A stretch of 64,000 bases of DNA from Camelus ferus (taxonomy: Eukaryota). The notes beneath the pieces were generated by a model. The model saw only the letters and a program-made list of their open reading frames with translations. It was not told the origin of the DNA and ran no database searches. The translations under genes were made by a program, and so were the position numbers. Where the stretch lies: positions 45,324,001-45,388,000 of the forward strand of contig NC_045697.1 in the NCBI RefSeq assembly GCF_009834535.1, read 5' to 3'. Shown piece after piece: positions 25,800 to 38,255 of the stretch. Numbering within the stretch: the stretch's first letter is position 1; each line of letters opens with the position of its first letter.

Positions 25800-27430
25800 T
25801 CTCGACTCTCCTATTAGGCTATAAGCACCTTTTCAATATCTGAATCATCCAATTCTTTGGTCCACAGGCTCCAGAAACTTGAAGTGAGGAACCCATTCAT
25901 CTTTGTATCTTGAGCAAAAGCACAGTGCATGAAACAAAATAGATGCCCCATATGCCCGTGAAATGGAATTTGGACAGTCCTGCCCTCAGGGAGATTGTGG
26001 GTGACTTGGGGAGTCAGCTACATCAAAAATGACACACAGTGTTGTTCTAAGTGTAACAGGGGGAGTACGTCATGATACAGAAGTAGGAGAGAGAAAGTGA
26101 GGAAGAGGATTTATGCACGGAAGTGTCAGGGAGAGTATGAAAGGGGAGTTGATTCCAGTGGGGCAGAGCAGGAAGGACACTCAGCTGGAGGAAACAACAT
26201 GCAAAGAAGAAGCAAGAAGCACTCAGAGGTTATAAAGTTCTAACATTTTTAAATGTGCTAGAATGTACTAGAAGGAAACAAAGTCTAGAGATATGAAGGA
26301 GCAACAACATGCAAGGCTACTTAGGACATGTTATGGAGTTTGGACTTTCTTTGGCTGTGAAGCAGGGAGCAGGGAGAGGTCTTAAGATGGATAAGCTAAG
26401 TCTTAGTAATGTGAGACTGCTAAGTCTCACAGCAATATGACCAGACTTGCATTCTGCAAAGAGCACTTTGGCTGGATTGCGGGAGTGAGTTCAAGTGCAC
26501 TGGTGGACTTATGTGGTAAGGTGCTATGACAATAAAGCAGATGTGAGAAGACTGGGAATTTCAGGAAAGCAGAGGCAATGGAAATGAAGAGGCAAGGTCA
26601 GTTCAAGAGATTTAAAAGACGGGATGGGCAAGACTTGATGACTAGAGATGAGGATTTGGGGAGAGGGAGGCATTGAGGAAGGGAACAGATTCATGGTTTA
26701 AGAGAGAGGTAATTGGTGGTGCTACCCACCAAAGCAGGGAATACAGGACTGGTTGTAGGGGAGTGGAGTTGACAGTAAAGGGGACAGTAAAGGGGAAAAT
26801 CAATCCTTCGGGACATTTTGAGTATGGGGTAACTGCCTACCTTTAGAGTAGAGGACACTGCACCTCAGTGTCCTTCTATAGCTGCCCAGACAAAGGCAGT
26901 TTTTCACAAATATTTGTAATAGCATCCGCGCCTTTGTCATCCTTGTATAGCGTCCTCTATACTGTATTGTTATTCACTTCACTGCTTACAGAATCTGCAT
27001 TTTCTCCTGTGCTTTCCATCCCAATTAATGGTGGTCTACCATTCCCACTTAACCAAGCTCATCACTTCAGAGCTGATCTCATTTCTTTCATCTTTCTTAC
27101 TAGTCACATCCAATAGTTCACTCAGAATGTTCCTACTTATGCCCCTTCTCTCTTCTTTCTGGTCACCAGCCCAGCATACCTGTCCCCTGCCATATACACA
27201 TATATCCCTAGCCTTCCCCAGTCAGTTTCTTTCTCCAGACTCTTACAGTGATTTTCTAATTGCTATTTCTGCCTCTAATATTTTCCCTGTACCATTCATT
27301 ACTCACACTATCACCAGAGCAACATTTCTATGACACAAGTCTCATCATATCATTTTGTTACTTAGAAATATCAATAGCTCCTCAGTTCCTAAATGGTCAT
27401 GTACAAATACCTTGATGTTTCATAATTTGG
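25800..27430. mobile_element. Degraded L2 fragments (both orientations)
   Basis: gacagtcctgccctcagggagattg, ttatggagtttggacttt, atgaccagacttgcattctgcaaagagcactttggctg, ccagagcaacatttctatgacacaagtctcatcatatca. Confidence 0.55.
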
Positions 27431-27607
27431 CCCAAATTTATTTTCTAGACAAAACAAATTACTCCTCATCTCATAAATGATACCTAAATTGACTTTAAAC
27501 ATTGTGATTCAAAGGCACTCTGATATATTGCTTTTATGACTCTGCATTATTTCAGGTAGGTTTTGGATGGGTGAAAGAGGGACTCTGTCTCACTCCCACC
27601 ACCACCA

Positions 27608-27610
<3 letters not shown>

Positions 27611-27648
<38 letters not shown>
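27611..27648. repeat. (CA)19 microsatellite
   Basis: Read directly from the sequence. Confidence 0.97.
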
Positions 27649-27653
<5 letters not shown>

Positions 27654-27691
27654 TGCTAGATTCAGTTCCAAAATTAATTGACTGAGGGTAC

Positions 27692-28144
27692 TGTTATGGG
27701 TTGAATTGTATTCCACCAAAAATAGATGTTGCAGTCCTAACCTCTGGTATCGGTGAATGTGACCTTACGTGGATGCTTGTCTTTGCAGATGAGATCAAGT
27801 TAAGATGAGGCCATTAGAGTGGGCTCTGAGCCAACATAACTGGTGCCCCAATGGAAAGGGGAAATCTGGACAATAGTAGCAAAGGGAGAATGCTGTGTGA
27901 TGATGGAGGCAGAGTTGGAAGTGCTGTAGCTACAAGACGAGGCATGCCAAGGACTGAGGGCCATCACCAGCAGCTACAGAGAGGTGAAGGAGGAGTCTCC
28001 CTTTCAGGTTTCAGAGGGATCATGGAACTATTGGCATCTTGGTTTCAAACTACTAGCCTCCAAAACCGTGGGACGATACATTTCTGTTGTTTTAAGCGTC
28101 TGGTTTGTGGCAGTTTTTAAAGGCAGCCCCGGGGAGCTAATGTA
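27692..28144 (+). mobile_element. MLT1C-like MaLR solo LTR
   Basis: tgttatgggttgaattgt...gaatgtgacctta...ctttgcagatg...ggaggcagagttggaagtg...catttctgttgttttaagc...gcagccccggggagctaat. Confidence 0.85.
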
Positions 28145-29994
28145 GATGCTGTATTTCATGGGGTGCAAAGTGGCCACACAGCCCAGCTTCTCCCAGCCTC
28201 CAGCACCTCTGGTGGGGACAGATGCTCTGGTAGCACTGTCCCTGCACGGCTGAGGTGTCTCGGGTCTGGAAGAAGTGCCACCGCCGCACTTCTATGTGTA
28301 AACTTACAGAACTATCCCTGAAAAACTTACAATCTACGGCCTTCTGTTCAAGAGAGTGTTTACAAATGTGGCATTCTTCTGGTTCTTAATCCAAATTCAA
28401 CGTTGACAAAGCCACAACTTCATCCAAGAGGGGAAATGACAGTAAGTGTCAGGAATCTCTGAATCATATCTTTGCCTCCACTAGCTGGAAAGCCCATTTC
28501 CATGCAGACTCATTTTCTGACAAAAACTGTAAAACGTTATCCAGGCTGATACTCAGAAAGCTACCCCTATTTGTCTTTTTTCAACATTGTGATTTCCTTT
28601 ATCAAAGGCTTTTATACTTTATGTTTTTCTTTGTAGGTGTTGCAGGGAGTGATATTTGAACGAAAACAATGGAATCCTGATTTTACCTCAATAAGGACCT
28701 TGTGGTGCTTTGCCAATTTTTTCTATTTTGTTTTATTGCATCTGTTTCCAGGATACGCTATGCTTTTTCATGTCTCCTAGCTTTTGTACATGGGGTTTTC
28801 CTCACCTAGAATGTGTGCCCAATTCATTTCTGCCTAAAGAACACCATCACTTCTCTAATTATGATGGTCAGCACTGTCCTGGGTGCTGCACAGACGTGGT
28901 CACGTTTGTATGTATTCACAACGCTGTGATTCAGGCTGAGAGAGGATAGAACGACTTGGAGGTGGCCCTGGAACTTGGCTCTTTCAGATCACAGACTCAG
29001 TGCTCCTGTTTCTCGGCCTTTTGGCAAGTCAGAAATCTTCCTCCACTTCCCTAACCATATATCCACTTTCTCCACCGACCTCCTAGAGAATTTTGCTCTT
29101 GGTTTTATTGTGACTTAGTATATTTTAATTACTTATTTGGGTTTCTAGCCCCAGTTGATTGAATTCCACAAGACAAGAAGTGGCTCTTCCACCTGCTTTA
29201 CTAATGGCGCATTACAGGTGCCCAATAAATATTTGTTGACTGAATTAGAGCATGCTAAATGAATGTATGCATGGATTACAAAGTTACAGCATTTTCTATT
29301 TGACTGTGAAATTCTAGAAGACAGAGACCTTGCCTTTTTAAATTTTAAATCCCCAGAGTTGAATAAAAGTCTGTTGGCTGAATGAATGACTTGGTCAATG
29401 AATGAATACTTGAATGATTATAGTTGACTAGAAGTAGTTGACTTGAAGCCCAGTGTGTGGCCATTTTCCCTTCTATATTTTATAAAATCTAGGAGCAAAT
29501 GGTAAAAGATCATACAAAAAGGCAAAACGGTGTCTAATCTCTGTTCATCTCAGTTTGAATGCAACTAACCCAGCTTCATGATGGGGACTATAGTCTTGTT
29601 CCAAGATCAAGAAGATGAAAGTACTAAAACTGAGGAACAGTTTTGCTTTTGCTTATAAGATGTTCCAATTTATTAATAAAGGAAATGTACATGAAAACTA
29701 ATCTTTTTTTTCCTACAATAATCTTTAAATCTTAAATATTGAAAAGATGGGGTAAAATGAGAATTATCTCACACTACCAATAGACTTACTGTTCCATTAT
29801 CTCTGGATACAGCATAATATATTAATTATTGCTCCATTAATAGTTATACTGTTTCCATGTTTCTACAGTGAATATCATTATGTACAATTCATTGTCTGCT
29901 TCAAATTACTGCTGTAAGATAAATGCCTCAATGTGAATTATTGTACCAAATGCCATGAAAAATCTCAAGGTTCTTTGTTTTATTCTGCTTTGTT

Positions 29995-30200
29995 TGTTTA
30001 AATTATTAAAAAAAACTTTTATTTTATACAAGTTTTAAAAGTTACTTTCCACTTATAGTTATTACAAAATATTGGCCATATTCCCTGTGTTGTATAACAT
30101 AATACAACCTTGAGCCAGGAGTTTGTACTGCCCATTCCTATATTTCTCCTCCCCTTCACCACACCCCATAACCACTAGTTTGTTCTCTATATCTGTGAAG
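29995..30200 (-). mobile_element. L1 3'-end fragment
   Basis: gttactttccacttatagttattacaaaatattggccatattccctgtgttgtata...aaccactagtttgttctctatatctgtga. Confidence 0.7.
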
Positions 30201-30431
30201 AAGAACAGTTTTATTATTTTATTAATTCCCTTACTCACTTACACTTGGGAACTGAGAAAGCACCCCAGAGCTGAGTAATTCAGAGCCATCTTTTTTTCCC
30301 CCCCATTGTCAGAAGCCTGAGCTTGGGAGGCCAGTTGGGCCACTGGGCTGAATCAGAAGGACACCCACTGTGGTAGATGCCTTTGAGATCATCTGTGACA
30401 TGTGAAGTAGTATGAGGCTTATAAATTAGAA

Positions 30432-30929
30432 CAGTGGTTCTCAAAGTGTGGCCAGGTGACCCATGAGAGTCCCCAAGAGCTTTTCAGAGAGTCACAGATT
30501 GGAATGATTATTATGACAATACTAAGTCCTTATTTGCCTTTTTCATTCTCATTCAGTGGTTTCCCAGGCACTGAGTGGCATGTAGGATCGCACCAGATTG
30601 AATGCAGAAGTCAATATGCAAATCCAGCTATCTTCTATTGAGCCAAATATTGACAAGATTTGTAAAAACTATAAAACAATGCTTCTCTTCACTATCTTTT
30701 TTTTTTGGAAATAGTTATTTCTCATGAAATGAAGTCATTTATGTTAATATTTAATGGTTGTAGAGTAGGTTATTTTCAGATAAATAAATACTTATAAAAA
30801 TTTCTCAGTTTTAATTTTGAATAGGATAAATATTGAGAGATATAACCCACATAAACAAAAGTATGTTGGGGTCCTCAATAATTTTAAGACTGTAAAAGTC
30901 TTCCGAGACCAAAAATGCGAGAACCACGG
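30432..30929. mobile_element. hAT-Charlie-type non-autonomous DNA transposon
   Basis: Terminal inverted repeats cagtggttctc (30432-30442) and gagaaccacgg (30919-30929) match at 10/11 positions. The internal ataatactaag..ttatttgcctttttca-like motif is also present. Confidence 0.8.
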
Positions 30930-33249
30930 ACAGACAAACATGGACTCACAAGACGTTTCAGAACCCACTACCCTCTCAGGAAGCGGTGCCTTGACAGTGT
31001 TTCCTTCTGGCTGGCGTGGGGAGAAGGTGAATCACTGACATCGTTTAGGACATCCACCCCCTTCACTACTTCATTCCTCTAACCTACTCCCTCCACAAAG
31101 GCAACACCAATTCTGCTTCCCCAGGAATCTGCAACTGAAACCGGATATTTACCCTCTGGCCCAAGGCCAAACTCTGTCCACTCTCCTCCTGCAAATCCCT
31201 CAAAACGTTCTTTCCCCACCACCACGGAGCCTCAACTCCTACATAAAATCTGTTCAAGGGCGAGTCATTACAATCAGCTACTGGAGAGCGTGCTAATTAT
31301 GTACTTTCTGAAATGTTCTTTCAATAAAGGAGCCACTCAGTAATGGAGGAAAAATAAAATAACTCTTAATCACCGTTGCAGCATTTCTAATAAAAATCTA
31401 TAATTAAAAAAAAAATTGGTCCTCAAGCATTCTCACTTTGATTAAATTGCCAAAAATAAAGTGGCGTTCACCTCTGGTCTTAACAGCCATGTAGCCTAGC
31501 AACGTTTATACATCCACTCAAGAAATAATTACTGATCACCCATTCTGTATTAGGTACACTCCAGGAATGTTTGTAAATACCCAGTATAGAAGATACTGTA
31601 CATCCTGTGGCCAGCCCTTGATAAACAGACACTGAAGCTTGGCCTTTATAAAAGGAATTAGAGATCAGAGTGAAAATAGGAACCTATTTTAAATGGACCT
31701 CATTGACAATGAAACTGGGGCTTCCTCCCAATTTGGGTCTCCGAAGGGAAGCTAGACATGTAATTGCAAAGTGAAGAAAAGGAGACTGTCAGGTAGTTCA
31801 GGTTAATTTGTGGTGATCCCCACTGGCAGGGTGATGGAATGTAAAGAACAGTGACATCTGACAGCGTCCCAAGACAGACCATGTAGTCTTGTTTTACTGG
31901 CTTCTTCATGCAACTTTCTGGCTTGAGACCAGCCTGGAGATGATTTATTATTTGCTGTCTTTGAGCAGATGGTTCTGCCTGGCATCATGGCGCCAAATGA
32001 GTCCACTTAGGGGTACCCTGTTCGCACAGACTGAGCAAAATCTGAAAAATAATTTGACCCACTGAAGTACTGAAACTACACAGGATTCTCAATGACCTTT
32101 ATTTCAGGGAAATATTATTACTGACTGATTAAATGAAACCTTTCCTATCTGGAGGGCTTTGTGAGGGGAGGAATCAGTTACAGACCGTCTGGGTTTGGGA
32201 AATAGGACAACTTTGTATCTCCAGTGAGGTCCTAATGGATTTAGTTCCTCTTAAATGGTTACATGGAAAGATAAATGTAATGAAGTTCAAGCCAGGTTTT
32301 TGCTGTTTAAATGTCAGGGTGGGCAAATAATAGTCCACATCTAGAAGGCACAATACTCTCAAAGAGCCAAGTGAAAAACAATAATAGCATTCGAGTTGTT
32401 TTCATTTATCTTTTGCCACTTTTGAGGTAAAGGTGTCACTACATCTAATATAAATTGGTATATAATAACAATATAAGCAACAAAGGAAACAAACCAATAA
32501 AAAACCCAGCCACTATTCATAAACAGCTCATGTTATCCTAGCATTGCTAGGTAGATATGGGTGTCCTCTTAAAATTTATAGCTAGGGCTGCCATTTATAG
32601 GGCTGTTCCTACGTGCTGCTTCTGCTTGCTGGGTCCGTGGCACCTGAGTGCTGAAACAGCTAACCCCTCTCTAGTTACAGTATACAAGGTTGCCCTGTGG
32701 GATGGAATTATTTCCCAGCATTCTAGAACAATGTTGCCTTCTGGCTGGAAGTTATACTTGAGTAGATATTTAACGCCATTCTTTTATTAATGGACATCCA
32801 CTGAATGATTACCATGAAGAAGAACTCATCTGGGCTGCATAAGAGCTCATGGTTGAATCCAGGAACACAAGATTATAAAACTGCTTGATAAAAGCTGTGA
32901 TACAGGCAAAGCTTCAGCCAGATTCTGACATCAGGGACACACGGACGTGGGGGCAGGCCCAGGGCTGTGTGAGTGTCCATCCAGAGCACCAGCACATACA
33001 GAGCTAAGTGTATTTGCTTCTCCTGCTCTCCCGCCCCTTGTACTCATCTCCAATATCGCACATAGACAAAGCATCATGGGCTCTCATCTTTCAATCCTCA
33101 AAATCATCACTTTTTTCCACAAAAAAATTGTCCATCAGGCTATAAGCATGTCCTAGCCCTTGAACCCCCAAACCAATTTAGACCCCATGGAGCTCTTAGC
33201 ACGACTGGAGGCGCCAGCAGAAAGAGGCAGGACTGCCCTCTGTGGTCTT

Positions 33250-33392
33250 GCTGCTCCAAGTGTGATCGGTGGAACAGCAGCAGCGATAATCCCTGGGAGC
33301 TTGTGAAAAATGCAATGCAGCATCTCAGCCTCTCCAACCTGTTGAATCAGAACCTGCATTTTAACAAGCTTCTCAGGGGATCAGATGCACTG
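33250..33392. mobile_element. MER5A-like hAT MITE
   Basis: cagcagcagcg..cctgggagcttgtgaaaaatgca...tgaatcagaacctgcattttaacaagcttctcaggggat. Confidence 0.75.
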
Positions 33393-33919
33393 GTCTTGGG
33401 CCTCCTAGGAGGCCGGGATATTCCTCCAATAATGGAAACCTTCTAAGGCAAGCTACAAAATGCAGCCTGACATGCTGGGAAGCCACGCTGAAGATCTGGG
33501 ACTTTATAGCAAGAGCAGTGAGAAGATCTCTGAGGCAGAAATGTTTGGGGGCTTTTATAGGCCCTACGCATTCTGACTTTTGGAGGTCTCACTTCCACAA
33601 CACATTAAGCAAGCATATTGGCATCCCATTCAAAATGCAGACACGAGTTTCTGAAAAAAATGAACAATTTTACTGATTTTTAAAGCTGAGTTTTCATGTG
33701 GCTAAACTTATTTCTTTTGTTTTCTGATTTAGAATTGGTTGTACATGTACATATAAATACACACGTACACTCACACGTACATGTGAATTGCTAGTTGGCA
33801 CAACATCATGCTCTGTAGCTATTTAACTCAACGTTTTGTAGTTTTCTCTTTTGTAGCATGGAGCCAGTGATTTTTTTTTCCAGGTCTCATACAATTCCAC
33901 AGGTCCTGGCTAACACATG

Positions 33920-34805
33920 GCCCTAAGCACTGTGGCTATATGCCTATCAGATGAATGAGCTTTGAGCAGAGAAGTGACAAAGCTGCTTTATGTTCTAAGA
34001 AGATCACTTTGATCGCAGTGTAGAGAACAGGCTGGAGGCTGGTGTGGGAGCAGGAGCAGCCACTGGGAGATGGTGCAGTGACTCTCACGGGGCTCAGGCA
34101 AGAGAAGACGCTGAGGGTGGTGATGGAGAGCATCTCCTGAGCATTAGAGAGATGTGTGTGGCAGAATTGTCAGGACCTTGGGATGGATTTTTTATGGAGA
34201 ATGAGGGAGAGAAAGAGACAGAGATGACTCTTTAAATCCCCAACCGAGAAATCTAACTGGAAAATGGCTTATTTGTATAAGAGACAGTGAAGGAGTCATT
34301 AGTTCTTGGGGACAAGATGTTCCTCTATTTTTGGACATGTTGCTACTGAGTGACTTGTATCTTGGTCCCTGAGTGGAAATATCAAAAAGGCAGCTAAACA
34401 ATCTGTTCTGGATCATGGGAGGAAAGCACCACCTGGAAATGGAGATGCAGGAGTCACCAGCGCACAGATGGGGATGGAAGCTGAGGGTGTCTCTGAGGCT
34501 TTCTGTCTCTATTGCAGAACTGAAAGGGGGACCTGCTTTTAAGAGGACGGCCACTTACAAAGAGGAAAGACAATCTTGCATGAGGCAGCGAGGCCTTTCA
34601 ACATTTAAAGTTAGAGACAGAGTCACTGGCAAGAAGGAGAGAAACTCTAGAGAACATGTAGTCATTGAAGCCGCTCTTAGGAGCAGTACCTGCATTCAGT
34701 GCTGCTGAGAGGTCAACTAAGACAGATGTATTTCTAAGGAAACTAGGAATTGATGATCTCAGGGAAAGTATTTTCAGTAAAGTGGTGGGGAGCGAGATTG
34801 CTAAC
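33920..34805 (-). mobile_element. L2 remnant (continues past MLT1D at about 35290-35400)
   Basis: tttgagcagagaagtgaca...aagaagatcactttgatcgcagtgtagaga...ttttggacatgttg...gtggaaatatcaaaaaggcagct...ttttcagtaaagtggtgggg. Confidence 0.75.
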
Positions 34806-35289
34806 TGTGGTAGGCAAAAGAACAGCTCCCCACGACGTCCACGTCCTAATCTCTAGAACCTATGAAGGTATTACCTTACATGCAAAAAGAACTCTGCAGA
34901 TGTGATTTAGGTAAGGATCTTGAGATGAGATTATCCTGGCTTACTTCGGAGGGCTGAGTGTAATTCCAAGGGTCTTGATAAGTGAAAGAGGGAGGCAGGA
35001 GGGTCAGAGTCAGGGAGAGCTTTCAAGATGATAAACTGCTGGCCTTGAAGATGACAGGGACCACACGCCTAGGGAAGTTGACAGCCTCCAGAAGCCACAG
35101 AGGCAACAGATTTTCCTCTAGAGCCTCCAGAAAGAACACAGCCCTGACGACACCTTGATTTGAACCCTGTGAGATCCTTTTCAGAGTTCTGACCTCAAGA
35201 ACCATAAGAAAACATATGTGTGCTGTTACTTGTTTCAAGCCACTAAGTTTGTTGTAATTCAGTTACAGCAGCATTAAGAAACTGATGCA
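34806..35289 (+). mobile_element. MLT1D-like MaLR solo LTR
   Basis: TG...CA ends; tgtggtaggcaaaagaa...gtccacgtcctaatc...tgcagatgtgatt...ttttcctctagagcctccagaaagaacacagccctg...aagccactaagtttg...gaaactgatgca. Confidence 0.9.
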
Positions 35290-35407
35290 CTGAAGATGAA
35301 AGGAATGACAGAGGAAATGAAGACAGTGAGTGCAGGTGCTGGGAAACTTGAGGAGGAGCTTGTGTAACACATAACGGAAGAAGCCCTTGCTTAAGGTGGG
35401 AGAAACT

Positions 35408-35775
35408 TAGAGACAAGTATCATATGATATCACTTACACGTGGAATCTAAAAAAATGATACAAAGGAACTTATTTATAAAACAGAAATAGACTCACATAC
35501 ATAGAAAATAAACTTACGGTTACCAAAGAAGAAAGGGGGGAGACAGATAAATTTGGAATTTGGGATTAACAGACACACAGTATTGTACATAAAATAGATA
35601 AACAATAAGGACCTACTGCATAGCACAGGGAACTATTTCAATATTTTGTCATAACCTATAATGGAAAAGAATCTGAAAAAGAATACATATATATGTATGT
35701 ATAACTGAATCACTTTGCTGTACACCTGAAACATTGTAAATTAACTATACTTCAATAAAAAATAAAAATTAAAGA
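35408..35775 (+). mobile_element. L1 3' end
   Basis: catatgatatcacttacacgtggaatctaaaaaaatgataca...ggacctactgcatagcacagggaact...tatacttcaataaaaataaaa. Confidence 0.9.
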
Positions 35776-36259
35776 AAATCCTTGTACACGTCCCTCTGCA
35801 GACATGTGGGAAATTTTCTGGGATATATAGTGCACTCAGTAGACTTGCCAGTACATAATCTTAATTTGAGTAAATCATGCAAGATGGCTCTCTAGAATGG
35901 CTTTAGCAGTCTAATGTCTTAACATTGACCCAGAATTTAAGTTCCATGAGAACAGGGCCGATATTTCCCTTGATCTGTTAGCACTCACTGTCCAAGTACA
36001 AGAAAGAGAAGGTGAGAAGTGGGCTCCCTTCAGATGGAGACTTCATCTGGCTGTTGCAGGATACAATGTTCGGGAGTAGTACCAAGGTTTAGGAAAAATG
36101 AACTGCATACCAAACTGAGTAAGAAGCAGGGTAAAGACAGGAAAGAAGGAAACAGGGGGTCAAGGAACTAGAGGCCACTTTAAGGTCAAAAACATATGAA
36201 GAGACGGTAACAGAGCAAATAAACTTGAAGGATGGAAGGTGGTGGTCACAGAGTGTAAA

Positions 36260-36715
36260 GTCTTAGCTTAGTCTGGGTTCTCTAGAAAACAGAGCCTGAG
36301 ACAAAGCTCACTTGCTAATTCTTAATTAGGGGTGTCATCCTAAGGAAGCAGACGTAAGGGAAAAAAGGAAATGAGGGAGAGAAGGAGAAAAAGCAGGTTC
36401 ATGGTGATGCATGACCAATCTGTCCACAGCTTCTCTAGAATACAAAGCTGGTTGCTGAGTCATGCTTGAGCAGCCAGAAGTACAAGACCATGGCATCCTC
36501 TGAACAGCTCTTGTGTGGGCAGGAAGGGTGAGCAATTATCTGCTGGCTTCTTCCTGGCTCCTGTCTCTCAATGGTCAGAGTTGGCTCCACAGAGTATTAA
36601 TTCTTCTGTATCTTTAGGGTGTGTTTTGGGGCCCTCCAGGCAGCTTGGGAAGCCAGAACTTCTGTGGGTCCAGTCAGGTCAGACCTGGGAGCTGGAACCA
36701 CTGAGGCTCCCTCTA
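36260..36715. mobile_element. ERVL LTR (LTR16-like) remnant
   Basis: cttagtctgggttctctagaaaacagagcctgagacaaag... Confidence 0.6.
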
Positions 36716-37067
36716 TGATGGATGTTGTAGAGGCCGTGCTGGTCTGGTTCTCACTCCAGAGGAGGCTGAGGCTGGTGACAGCATTTGTCTAGGCTTGACA
36801 ATCATGGGAACAGCATGAGGGGCTGCTGTGATCACTGTGTCTGAGAGGAAAGGCAAAGGACTAAAGCCTTGGGAGGCAGGCAGGGCTGAGCTGATCCAGG
36901 ATGCACAGGCACCGTCTGCCTCCATGATTTTAGAGGAGATTCTGGGTATAGCTGTGGCAGGGAATGCCTGATGCTGAGTGGACGTGAAGATTATTATGAG
37001 GTCTAAGGAGTCGAAGTGTTCGATGGATGATCCACGTCGATTTTGAAATAGAAAAGCATGGTGGGAC

Positions 37068-37616
37068 TGATACAGGAAAAAAGTGGGGCATGAGAGGAAG
37101 GCCGTGTCCCAGGTCTTGGTTGAGTCCCTGGGACGTGCCCCACAAAGTAAGGGTTCTTGGCTTTGCACAGTAAAGAATTCAAAAGTGAGCCAAAGTTGAG
37201 TAAAGGTAGATTTATTTAGAAAGATGGACACTTCATAGACGAGAGTGGGAGCTGTCTCTCAAGGCAAGAGAGAGAGAGCGACCATGAGACACGGGGTTGC
37301 TAGTTTTTATATGCTAACAAGTGAGAGGCTTATTCCAACTACTTTGAGGAAGGGGTGGGGGTTCCCAGGAGTTGGGCCACCATCCTCTCTTTGACCCTTC
37401 ATGGTTAGCTTTGGAACTGTCATGGTGCTGGGGGTGTGCCATTCACCATGCTAGTATATTACAATGTGTATAATGCAGCTCAAGGTCCACTGGAGGTTGA
37501 ATCTCCACCATCTCGGGCCTCCAGGTCTATTGGGAGCTGATTTTTCTTCCATCTCAGTGCTAATTGCTGTGTTATTCCTCTAATGGCTGTGTCCTGCCCC
37601 CTTCTTTCCTGTCTCA
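37068..37616 (-). mobile_element. ERV1-class solo LTR, MER41-like (549 bp)
   Basis: TG...CA ends. On the - strand it has TATAAAAA (37304-37311) and AATAAA (37211-37216), followed by gaattcttt...agccaagaaccc as in MER41-family U5. Degenerate 4-bp TSD ggac/agat. Confidence 0.8.
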
Positions 37617-38204
37617 AGATGCCAAACACTGTGAGCCTAGTATGCAGTTAGTATACACTAGCTAAGCCTATAACTAGACAAACAAAATCACTATTTTGGA
37701 AAACCAGTGCACTACGTACTGAAACTCAGTATATGCAGATAAAAACAGAAAACTAAATGTTTTTATATGTTGGTCTTTTGTAGTAAAATTTCCTATTACC
37801 TGCTCATTAATTAGGCAGATTATTAATTTCTAAATTGTGTCTTTATTCCAAACAATCATCTTTATTTCAGAAGGAAAATCAAGAGCACATTTCAAATACT
37901 TTCTGTAGAATTTCAGAAATGTAACTACAATTCTTCTGGGTAATAAGTCACAACCGTACCCCTGGGATTTGGACTCACTAGTGCTGTGAAGAGATACAGT
38001 AAGGATGAATCAGCTGTGAACCATGTCCTCTAGGTGTTTACGGTCAAGCGGGGGAGATAAGAACTGCAGATAGATAACAATAATACAAAGTAGAAAATGA
38101 TAAATACTGGCAGAAGGGCTGAAATAAAGTGCAGTTCTGAAGAAAGAGAGTACCCCTAGAGGTGATGATTGAAGCTAAAGCAGGCGGAGAGGGAAGGAAG
38201 TAAT

Positions 38205-38255
38205 AAGGAAGGAAGGAAGGAAGGAAGGGAGGGAGGGAAGGAGGGAGGAAGGGGA
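38205..38255. repeat. (GGAA)n/(GGGA)n purine tract
   Basis: Read directly from the sequence. Confidence 0.9.

Noticed and set aside
26410..26431. Hairpin tgtgagact-gcta-agtctcaca
   Set aside because: An isolated 9-bp stem inside a decayed L2, compatible with chance or local template switching.
36713..37231. 172-aa minus-strand ORF
   Set aside because: It has a non-ATG start, runs across an LTR boundary and shows no recognisable protein features.
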